Source: an uncultured archaeon
Lineage (GTDB): Archaea; Asgardarchaeota; Lokiarchaeia; Sigyniarchaeales; SOKP01
Assembly: GCA_964447495.1 (NCBI GenBank)
Contig: CAYUTF010000015.1
Coordinates: 10,387-56,065 of the forward strand
Reading direction: 5' to 3'
DNA: 45,679 nucleotides
Position 1 is the stretch's first letter, and each line of letters opens with the position of its first letter. The position numbers were made by a program, and so were the translations under genes. Positions 37,834 through 45,679 of the stretch are shown in pieces. Below the pieces are notes generated by a model that was not told where the DNA came from, did no database searches, and saw only the letters and a list, made by a program, of their open reading frames with translations.

Positions 37834-39600
37834 TTATAATTTTGAACCACATTTGTTACAAAAAGCATAATCTGATGATAATATGGCTCCACATTGTTTA
37901 CAAACTAATAATTCTTTTGATTTTTGCTCTTTCGATTCTATTGTGTCAGTTTGAGTGGGTGTGAATGCAGTAAATGATGATGGCTCATTTTCTATATCAG
38001 CTACATTTGGTATAATCCTTAAAGTTGATGATTTTTCTTTAGATGCGCCTTCTTCACCCGTGAATGGAACAAACGTATCACTAATAATATCTTGTGTCGA
38101 TTCATCAAGTCTTTGGGATAATGTCTGAAATAATGAAGGAGTTCTAGTGTCTAATGGTCTAGTATCTAATGGTTCTTCTTCTAATGATTCAAAAGATGTA
38201 GTTTTTTTCTCTTTTTTCTCTTTCTTTAGTTTTTTTGGTTTCTTCATTGCATCAATTAATTGCTCGTGTTTTTCTCGAGCTATTTTCAATTTTTCCTCTT
38301 TATCTTGTTTCTTCTTTTCTTTTTCTAAACGTTTTTTCTCTTTTTTCGACATAATTTCCTGGGGCATATAATCAGCTAATGATTGGGATGTAGTTGTTGA
38401 TGCATGAGTGGGCATTTCTTGTTCAGGTTCAAATGTCATTGAAGCTGGTTTAGGTTTATGTGGTTCTTCTCTTCTAGATACCATAAAGGGAGTACTTCTT
38501 TCTCTTTCTTTTTGATAATTCTTCTTAGAAGTTTGAAAGCCATCTGGTGCAGGGGCTGGAATAGGAGTTTTTTGCGAAAATGGAACAGCTTTAGGTTTGT
38601 ACGTTTCTGGTTTTGTTAGAGTTGATTCAGTGGAAAAAGAAATGGATTCTGATTCAGTTCGGTCTTTAGGGCTAATCTGTGATAAAATTTCATCAGGTGT
38701 TTTAAATTCAATATCAGTTGCTTCTGGTGTAGAGATCTTGGGTTGATCTTGGAATTTTGGGGTTGGTTCTGGAACGGGAGGTGCTTCAAATTCAAACTCA
38801 GGCTCTGGTTTTATTGAGTGCGTTGATTCAGTGATATCCGACCGTATGAGTTCTGGAACGGGAGGTGCTTCATAATCAAATTTTGGTTCTTCTTCTAATG
38901 ACCGTATAGGAGGAGATAATTTAGGATATGTCGGCTCTGGAACAGGAGGTGCAGTATAATCATATCTAGGTTCTGCTAATGTTTCTAATTTTAATGGTAC
39001 TACAGGTGTAATAAGAGATATTTTTCCGGGAGCATATACCGTTTTCTTTGCAATTAGCTGATTCGGTACACCCTGTCCGATCATTAAACACGCTAATATA
39101 TAAAAACAGTCTCCAACACCATCCCCTGTTTTAGCTGAAGTCTCCATATAATAAAGATTAAAATCTTTGGTAAATTGGTTAATTTCCTCTATAGAGATCA
39201 TTCTCTGGTCTATTAGATCACTTTTATTACCAACAAGTAATAAGGGAATTTCTGATTTAATATTTGCTCTTACTTCTTCAATCCACTGTGGCAGATGTTC
39301 AAAACTAGAGGAATTGGTTAAATCAAATACTAAAACAGCTCCTAGTGATCCCCTATAATACATCGGTCTTATTGAGCTGAAACGTTCTTGCCCACCAGTA
39401 TCCCAGAGTTGGAGTTTGCATCGAATTGGCCCCTCTTCTGTATCTAATTCAATTGTTTTTACATGAAAGTCCACGCCGATAGTCATCTTATAATCTTCTG
39501 TAAAGAAACCTTTGGAAAAACGTAAGGTAAGAGCAGTTTTACCCACACCGCCATCCCCTACAACTATAGATTTAAATAAAAAATCATATTCTTCAGCCAC
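37834..39600 (-). CDS. Rab-like small GTPase with a ~400-aa Pro/Glu/Lys-rich tail and C-terminal zinc ribbon
   Basis: G1 GDGGVGKT, TIGVDF, KLQLWDTGGQERF, YYRG, NKSD, TSAK; three APPVPE repeats; CKQC..CNKC. Confidence 0.9.
   Translation of the reverse strand: MAEEYDFLFKSIVVGDGGVGKTALTLRFSKGFFTEDYKMTIGVDFHVKTIELDTEEGPIRCKLQLWDTGGQERFSSIRPMYYRGSLGAVLVFDLTNSSSFEHLPQWIEEVRANIKSEIPLLLVGNKSDLIDQRMISIEEINQFTKDFNLYYMETSAKTGDGVGDCFYILACLMIGQGVPNQLIAKKTVYAPGKISLITPVVPLKLETLAEPRYDYTAPPVPEPTYPKLSPPIRSLEEEPKFDYEAPPVPELIRSDITESTHSIKPEPEFEFEAPPVPEPTPKFQDQPKISTPEATDIEFKTPDEILSQISPKDRTESESISFSTESTLTKPETYKPKAVPFSQKTPIPAPAPDGFQTSKKNYQKERERSTPFMVSRREEPHKPKPASMTFEPEQEMPTHASTTTSQSLADYMPQEIMSKKEKKRLEKEKKKQDKEEKLKIAREKHEQLIDAMKKPKKLKKEKKEKKTTSFESLEEEPLDTRPLDTRTPSLFQTLSQRLDESTQDIISDTFVPFTGEEGASKEKSSTLRIIPNVADIENEPSSFTAFTPTQTDTIESKEQKSKELLVCKQCGAILSSDYAFCNKCGSKL
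38143..38172. repeat. 15-bp tandem duplication encoding PLDTR-PLDTR
   Basis: TCTAGTGTCTAATGG followed by TCTAGTATCTAATGG. Confidence 0.85.
38765..38973 (-). repeat. Three dispersed coding repeats EPx(F/Y)(D/E)(Y/F)xAPPVPE
   Basis: Units at about 38933-38973, 38851-38889 and 38765-38805. The 22-nt string TTCTGGAACGGGAGGTGCTTCA is identical in two of them. Confidence 0.85.
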
Positions 39601-39832
39601 TTGAGTTCAACCATTATAAAAGAATTTTATTGTAATATTATCAATTTTTTCTTTATACTTTAAGTTAATATAATAAATATAAATATAATTAAATATACTT
39701 TTGGAAATTTTAAAAGAGTGATATCATCTCAAGCATAAGGATGATTCTCAGATTTTTGATGTTTGTTAAAGATTTTAATCAATTCTTTTATTAAAATGGA
39801 TAATATATGCTAGTTAATAGAAATTCATAGAT

Positions 39833-40723
39833 TTAAGTGTTTTTTTTTCTATTAGTATTTCTTTTTGATGATCTATTTTCATACCAGTTATGAATCTCTT
39901 CTAAATCCTCAGAAGGGAATTCATAAGAATGGCTTAAATCAGGATAAATTTCTCTTTCTACTTCGTCTTTATAATTTTTAATTGCTTTTTGTATATTTTC
40001 TCCAAGATTTCCAAAGTATTTTAGGAATTTGGGTTTAAAATCGGTAAATATCCCTAGCATATCATGAAGAACTAAAATTTGTCCATCACAATATGGTCCT
40101 GCTCCAATTCCAATAGTAGGAATCTCAATAGATTCTGTGATTAATTTTGCTATTTGCCATGGGATACTTTCAAGGACTATTGAAAAAACACCTGCTTCTT
40201 GAAGATTCTGAGCAGCTTGAATTAGATTTTGTGCAGCCTTAACAGTTTTTCCTTGAACGAGAAATCCCCCAAATTGATAAATTGCCTGAGGAGTTAGTCC
40301 GATATGCCCCATAACTTGGATATCTGCTTTAATCATTGCTTTAATAATAGGAATTATTTCTGTTCCTCCTTCTACTTTAACAGCTTCTGCCCCTCCTTCC
40401 TGAATAAACCTTCCTGCGTTCTTTACTGCATCTTTTATATTGACTTTATATGAGAGAAAAGGCATATCACCTACCACCATAGCATTTTTTACACCTCGAG
40501 AGACAGCTTTAGTGTGATGTATCATTTCATCCATAGTAACTGCTAAAGTATTCCTATATCCTAATACCACCATTGAAAGAGAATCTCCAACTAAAATTAA
40601 ATCGATACCACATTGGTCAACAATTTTAGCAAATGCGTAATCATATGAAGTAAGAGTAACTATTTTTTCTCCTTTAATCTTCTTCTCGATTATTTTTCTC
40701 GCTGTTACTTTTTGTAAAGACAT
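39833..40723 (-). CDS. panB: 3-methyl-2-oxobutanoate hydroxymethyltransferase
   Basis: LTSYD, ILVGDSL, DMPFLSY, VKVEGG, HIGLTPQ, IGIGAG..CDGQILVLHD. Confidence 0.97.
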   Translation of the reverse strand: MSLQKVTARKIIEKKIKGEKIVTLTSYDYAFAKIVDQCGIDLILVGDSLSMVVLGYRNTLAVTMDEMIHHTKAVSRGVKNAMVVGDMPFLSYKVNIKDAVKNAGRFIQEGGAEAVKVEGGTEIIPIIKAMIKADIQVMGHIGLTPQAIYQFGGFLVQGKTVKAAQNLIQAAQNLQEAGVFSIVLESIPWQIAKLITESIEIPTIGIGAGPYCDGQILVLHDMLGIFTDFKPKFLKYFGNLGENIQKAIKNYKDEVEREIYPDLSHSYEFPSEDLEEIHNWYENRSSKRNTNRKKNT

Positions 40724-40801
40724 AATTTCAATTAACTAACCTCTTTTGAAAAAGATTATGAATTTTATAAAATAAATTTTTTCAATATTTACTAGGTATA
40801 A

Positions 40802-40873
40802 AGCCAGAGGGGAGATTCGAACTCCCGAATAATAACTCTGCAGGCTATCGCCCAACCTCTAGGCGACTCTGGC
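40802..40873 (-). tRNA. tRNA-Cys(GCA), intronless
   Basis: GCCAGAG/CTCTGGC acceptor, U discriminator, ATAGC-CTGCAGA-GTTAT anticodon arm, GGGAG-TTCGAAT-CTCCC. Confidence 0.93.
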
Positions 40874-41100
40874 AAATTCTATTGGTAATATAATATTATA
40901 AGAATATATGATAAAATTTGGGGTAAAATTTTAATATTTTCTTCTAACTCATACTCCTTGTTATTTTTTATCCTAAATTCCTTAAATTTAAAATATTCAA
41001 TAATCTTGTATTTGTGGGTTGTCATTCTTTCAAGAAACAATATCAATAAGATTTTTTAATATACTATTCATTAAATTACACTAATAATATTGAATGGGAT

Positions 41101-42135
41101 ATGATTGAAATGAATGCTAAGGATATTGATTTTTATTCATTAGGTTTCGAGTTTATTGAAACTAAAACGATGTTTATTTCAGATTATAAAAATGGAAAAT
41201 GGGATGGTGGAAATTTAATTCCTTTTGGAAATTTTGAAATTTCACCAGCAGCATGTATATTAAATTACGGTCAAGGGATTTTTGAAGGTATGAAAGCTTT
41301 AAGAACTAAAAAGGGAGATATTACTTTATTTAGACCTCAAGAAAATGCGAAGAGATTCAATAATAGCGCAGATAGAATGCTTATGCCTCGATATGATATT
41401 TCAAAATTTTTGGATGCTGTGAAAAAAGTAGTAAAAGCAAATGAAGAGTATATCCCTCCCTATGATAGTGGAGGAGCTCTATATATCCGACCTCTAATGA
41501 TTGGAAATGGTCCTATTTTAGGAGTGAAACCCGCTTATGAATATAAATTCATTGTCTTTACTATTCCGGTAGGATCCTATTTTCCTGAGGGTTTTGCAGG
41601 TGTTGATTTAGAAATTACTAAAGAATATACCAGAGCTGCACCCGGAGGGACAGGGGCAGCTAAAACATGTTGCAACTATGCTGGTTCGATGCTACCAGCA
41701 AAAGAAACAAAAGAGAGAGGTTTTGCTCAGGTTATCTTCTTAGATGCTGTAAATATGGAATACATTGATGAAGTCGGAACAGCTAACTTCTTTGCGATGA
41801 TAAAGGGAAGTTTAATTACCCCTAAATCAAGTGGAACTATATTACCTGGAATAACGCGAAAATCAATAATCTACTTAGCTTCACAAAAATTAGGTCTAAA
41901 TGTTGAAGAACGTGATATTTCATATAAAGAATTATTTGATGATTCTTGTACAGAAGCTTTTTGTACTGGCACTGCTGCTGTAATAACTCCAATAAAGTCT
42001 GTTGTTCTTGAAGATAATAAAAGAATTTTTAGCGAAGGAGAAGCGGGAGAAATAACAAGAAAATTGTATGAACTTTTAACTGGAATTCAGAGATTAGACA
42101 TTGAAGATGAATTTAATTGGATTATGAAAGTATAA
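41101..42135 (+). CDS. ilvE: Branched-chain amino acid aminotransferase
   Basis: LNYGQGIFEGMKA, FRP..N..R, LYIRP, K...NY, ILPGITR, GTAAVITP. Confidence 0.95.
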   Translation: MIEMNAKDIDFYSLGFEFIETKTMFISDYKNGKWDGGNLIPFGNFEISPAACILNYGQGIFEGMKALRTKKGDITLFRPQENAKRFNNSADRMLMPRYDISKFLDAVKKVVKANEEYIPPYDSGGALYIRPLMIGNGPILGVKPAYEYKFIVFTIPVGSYFPEGFAGVDLEITKEYTRAAPGGTGAAKTCCNYAGSMLPAKETKERGFAQVIFLDAVNMEYIDEVGTANFFAMIKGSLITPKSSGTILPGITRKSIIYLASQKLGLNVEERDISYKELFDDSCTEAFCTGTAAVITPIKSVVLEDNKRIFSEGEAGEITRKLYELLTGIQRLDIEDEFNWIMKV

Positions 42136-42167
42136 ATAATGAGGATTTATTTTTAAATTGTTGTCAT

Positions 42168-42713
42168 CTAGGATTTTTTCATTGAAATATGATTAATTAA
42201 TTTAAAAAAAGCCTGATTAATATTATAACCTGTTTTTGATGATATTTTTATATAATCGAAAATCAGTTCATTTCCTTCAATAATTTGATTAATATAATCA
42301 TCAACTATTTCAATTTCTTTCTGATCAATTAAATCAAACTTTGTTCCTATGATTAGAATAAGTATATGCCCTAATTGTTTTAATTTAAGTATCCATTTAA
42401 AAACTGTCTCTAACGTATTGAATCGAGAGAGATCAAACAATATTAAAGCGGCAATTGAACCCTCAACAAAATTATCTAATATTTCTTTAAACTGCTTTTG
42501 TCCAGCAAAATCCCACATTGTAAAATTATATTGCGTTCCATTAACATGAAGAATTTTGGAAAAAAAGTCAATACCTTTAGTTAATTCATTATTTTCATTA
42601 AAATCGTTATTAACTAATCGGTTTAAAAATGAAGTTTTACCAACACCGCCGTCTCCCGACACAATTATTTTAAAAACAACTGATTTTTTTAAATGAATTT
42701 TATCTGTTCCCAT
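42168..42713 (-). CDS. Stand-alone Rab/Ras-like small GTPase
   Basis: GDGGVGKT, TKGIDF, WDFAGQ, G4 variant TKFD, G5 variant SSK. Confidence 0.88.
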   Translation of the reverse strand: MGTDKIHLKKSVVFKIIVSGDGGVGKTSFLNRLVNNDFNENNELTKGIDFFSKILHVNGTQYNFTMWDFAGQKQFKEILDNFVEGSIAALILFDLSRFNTLETVFKWILKLKQLGHILILIIGTKFDLIDQKEIEIVDDYINQIIEGNELIFDYIKISSKTGYNINQAFFKLINHISMKKS

Positions 42714-42930
42714 TTATGTAGCAAAAATATGTTTTAATTTAATATGAGGTATTTAAAGAATAAAATAAAATTTTGTTAAATTTCTGGAAACACCATCGTA
42801 AAATGATATTAAAAAGCTAATAGAAATTCGCAATTTCGAAATTATAATTAAAATTTTTTCTGTTAATTAAAAAAACTGCTTACTTATATTGTTTAAATAT
42901 TGAGTTTACTTATTTCTTTTTATTCTTATA

Positions 42931-43041
42931 ATGACTCCTGTCAATGCCCTGGATTTTTGTCTTTTAGAAAAAAATATCTTTACTAATATCTTTTACCTAT
43001 ATATTTTTAAACCATTATATTGGTTTTTTGACAGGGGTCAT
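42931..43041. mobile_element. Candidate MITE or structured element with 14-bp terminal inverted repeats
   Basis: ATGACTCCTGTCAA (42931-42944) and TTGACAGGGGTCAT (43028-43041) match at 13/14. Non-coding AT-rich interior. Confidence 0.5.
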
Positions 43042-43142
43042 CCTTTCTTTATATATCATTATTATTAGGTTATCATTTATTATCAATGATAGAATATTAT
43101 TTCTTAAGTGAAAATTTATTAAAATTTATATTTAGGATCTAT

Positions 43143-43937
43143 ATGAAAGTTGGTTATATTCAAACATCCCCTATTTTTGGTGATAAGGATAAGAATTTTG
43201 AACAAATAAATATGATAGTTTCGAAAAGAAAGGCAAAAGTAATAGTATTGCCCGAGCTTTTTGCAACAGGATATACTTTTGTTTCAAAAAAGGAAGCTAA
43301 TTTGTTAGCAGAAGATTTAAATGGTAAGACTGCAGAATTCTTATTAGATTTAGCAAAAAAGACAAATGCTATCATAATTGGGGGTTATATTGAAAAAAAT
43401 GAGGGCGCTTTGTATAATTCTGCTATGTTAGTTTCTAAAAATGGAGTGGTGGGTAATTATCGAAAAATTCATTTATATTTTAAGGAAAAAATATGGTTTT
43501 CCCAAGGAAATTTACCATTTAAAGTCTATAGTTTCAAAGAATTTAATATAGGATTAATGATATGTTTTGATTGGTTTTTCCCAGAAACAGCTCGAACTCT
43601 TGCTCTCCATGGAGCCGATATAATTGCTCATCCAGCAAATTTAGTCCTTCCGTACTGTCAAAATGCAATGGTTACACGTTGCCTTGAAAATAAGATTTAT
43701 GCAATAACATCGAATAGAGTGGGAGAAGAAAAAAGAGGATTAGACCATTTTAAATTTACAGGAAAAAGCCAAATTACTTCCTATAATGGTGAAGTACTAT
43801 CTTCTGCTCCAGGAGAAGATATTTTCATGGATATAGTTAATATTGAAATAGAGAAAGCGAGAAATAAGTCTCTTAATGATTTTAATAATATTTTCGAAGA
43901 TAGAAAGATAGAATTTTATAATAATATATCTCATTAG
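43143..43937 (+). CDS. Carbon-nitrogen hydrolase (nitrilase family)
   Basis: E-K-C triad in LPELF, YRKIHL, ICFDW. MKVGYIQ at ATG 43143 is preferred over the ORF-track start at 43086. Confidence 0.9.
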   Translation: MKVGYIQTSPIFGDKDKNFEQINMIVSKRKAKVIVLPELFATGYTFVSKKEANLLAEDLNGKTAEFLLDLAKKTNAIIIGGYIEKNEGALYNSAMLVSKNGVVGNYRKIHLYFKEKIWFSQGNLPFKVYSFKEFNIGLMICFDWFFPETARTLALHGADIIAHPANLVLPYCQNAMVTRCLENKIYAITSNRVGEEKRGLDHFKFTGKSQITSYNGEVLSSAPGEDIFMDIVNIEIEKARNKSLNDFNNIFEDRKIEFYNNISH

Positions 43938-45313
43938 ATATTTTCTCTTAGTTTCATGATTTTTTTTTTTAACTTTTTTATTTGTGAATCTGCATCTAGC
44001 AAGTTATATATCAAGAAACTTTCGAGAATCTTAGTTGCTTTTTGATAACTATTAATACTATTAATGAAATCCCCATTTTTTTCATAATTTTCAGCCATTT
44101 CTAATACGAAGTCTAATTCTATCTTTTTTGACTTGTAATCATGCTCAAATATTATCTGTGAAATTTTAATGATGTCATCTTTTAATTTGAACTCTTTTGC
44201 TATAAAGAGAGCTTTATTGTATTCTTTAGAAGCGACTTCGTACGCTACATCTTTAGCAGCAGTTTTTCCCTTTTTTAGATATTGTTTAATCATTTTTTTT
44301 GCTGTTATTAGATCAATAGTGTTTAATTTTTCCTTTAGTTCAGTTAAATCGCCATTGTTAATAACAATATCAGAGATAAATTTCAATTTGGAAGATTTTT
44401 CATCGAAAGCGTCTTTTTTATTTTCTAAATTATGAGCTATTGTCTCTAATTTAATAGGAATTATCACTTTTTTCTCAAGAAGTTGATAAATCTCATATAA
44501 AACGATTTTTGTATTGATACTTACAATTTTTTTGACTTTATTTAAGAGATTATTAATATAAAAGAAGGATTTTGATAGGAGTATTTCTTTTACTATGTTA
44601 AAAATTGCTTTTTGGATTGGGTTCTCATTAATAGCTGCTAAATATTCGGGGGGAATAGAATGAGCTATTGTAAGAGGGAAGACGAGTTTGATATTAAAAG
44701 ATTTAACTAAAAAATCGATCATTTCACTAGTATTAACTGCTCCATTTTTTTGGAAATTGATTAATTCATTTTCAAATTGAATTTCAAATTGATAGAGGAA
44801 TTGAAACATTTGAGATCTCAAATGATCTGAAGCTTTTTCATCAAGTATGAGACATATTCTAATATAATCTCCATTCTTAAGAAGAATATTGAAATTTTCA
44901 TATTGAAATTCATAAACATGGTTTTCTAAATTAATATTAGCCTTTTTTTTCGCAATATTACCCGTTTCTGAAAAAATTATATTTGCTTGGATAAATCCAC
45001 TCAATAAATTAGTATCAATTTCTACATCAGAAACAGCATAATTTATGAAGGTTAATCCTGATTCTTTTTCTATAATTACAATATATTTAATACTTAGAAT
45101 ATCTAAAAATTTATGCCAAATTACTTCTCTTTTCATTTTCAATTCTTTTTCATATGAATCGATTTGAAATATCTCAAGAGAAGCATCAATTTCAAAACCT
45201 AATTGTTTTAATCGACGGTTTATGCAGTCCAAACATGACTTCCTTTCATCTGGGCAGCTTTTCAAATCATATCCACAGTTATACCCTAATCCATTTAGCT
45301 TAAAATATACCAT
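43934..45313 (-). CDS. Longin-like + wHTH + TPR-like helical protein with an N-terminal Cys cluster
   Basis: 'YIVIIEKESGLTFI...NLLSGFIQANIIFS...FQYENFNILL.NG..IRICLIL' longin pattern; IYQLLEKKVIIP wing; TPR-like C-terminus; N-terminal C-x6-C-x6-CxxC. Confidence 0.7.
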   Translation of the reverse strand: MVYFKLNGLGYNCGYDLKSCPDERKSCLDCINRRLKQLGFEIDASLEIFQIDSYEKELKMKREVIWHKFLDILSIKYIVIIEKESGLTFINYAVSDVEIDTNLLSGFIQANIIFSETGNIAKKKANINLENHVYEFQYENFNILLKNGDYIRICLILDEKASDHLRSQMFQFLYQFEIQFENELINFQKNGAVNTSEMIDFLVKSFNIKLVFPLTIAHSIPPEYLAAINENPIQKAIFNIVKEILLSKSFFYINNLLNKVKKIVSINTKIVLYEIYQLLEKKVIIPIKLETIAHNLENKKDAFDEKSSKLKFISDIVINNGDLTELKEKLNTIDLITAKKMIKQYLKKGKTAAKDVAYEVASKEYNKALFIAKEFKLKDDIIKISQIIFEHDYKSKKIELDFVLEMAENYEKNGDFINSINSYQKATKILESFLIYNLLDADSQIKKLKKKIMKLRENI

Positions 45314-45515
45314 GAAATTCTTACTCTATTTTTTACATTTCTGTGGTTGTAGTAAATCAAAGGTTTTTAAATCTTTATATAAAAGAATATTAAAATATAA
45401 GATATTTTGAATATAAAGAAAATTGAAAGAGAATATAATTTAGTGTTGTATATAATAATTTAGACTATTATAAAATAATAAAAAAGTAGTATGATTTAAA
45501 CGTAAATTAAGTATT

Positions 45516-45679
45516 TTAATATGCTTTTTTAATATCCTCGAATATTTTTTTATAATCTTGAGGTTTTCCTCCGGTCATAACGAAATCAACAAAAACTTTT
45601 AAACTTTTCATAAATAAATCAGCCGCAATATCTAAAACCCCTTTCTGGTTTTCCAATTCAAATTCAGTCCAAATGGTCA
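45516..45679 (-). CDS. Hypothetical protein, C-terminal fragment (5'-truncated by the window edge)
   Basis: Open frame ...TIWTEFELENQKGVLDIAADLFMKSLKVFVDFVMTGGKPQDYKKIFEDIKKAY*. Confidence 0.65.
   Translation of the reverse strand, partial: TIWTEFELENQKGVLDIAADLFMKSLKVFVDFVMTGGKPQDYKKIFEDIKKAY

Noticed and set aside
42931-43041. The inverted-repeat element as a eukaryote-like SECIS (it begins with ATGA)
   Set aside because: The ATGA pairs canonically with TCAT instead of forming a GA/GA quartet, and no adjacent UGA-containing gene lies upstream on that strand.
26-45410. Short antisense or nested ORFs in the track (e.g. 26..271, 808..1011, 4428..4721, 9686..9946, 16176..16667, 28899..29324, 35100..35456, 36827..37021, 44169..44435)
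   Set aside because: Shadow frames of well-supported genes, or low-complexity AT-rich sequence with no motifs.

Overview
A very AT-rich archaeal window. Gene content points to an Asgard archaeon, most likely Lokiarchaeia (inference from PolD, Cdc6, PAN, TFE and CarS together with three Rab-like GTPases and roadblock/longin proteins). It is mostly core genes: RtcB and archease, CarS, Cdc6 with PolD DP1/DP2, Cbf5-methyltransferase-rpoH-rpoB, TFE/MBF1/PAN/PUA/NAC, class III RNR, and mfnA/panB/ilvE. The most striking signal is absent from the ORF track. Three of the four tRNA genes carry five bulge-helix-bulge introns at five different positions (21/22, 22/23, 37/38, 44/45, 59/60), including a triple-intron tRNA-Thr(CGU). 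Other notable items are a 588-aa Rab-like GTPase with all five RabF-like motifs, a repeat-bearing Pro-rich tail and a C-terminal zinc ribbon; a roadblock-GTPase fusion; a longin-wHTH protein reminiscent of NPRL2 that probably starts at ATT; a missed 59-aa zinc-ribbon gene; and a 111-bp MITE-like inverted-repeat element. No CRISPR array, rRNA, integrase or transposase was seen. All calls are by eye; no searches were run.
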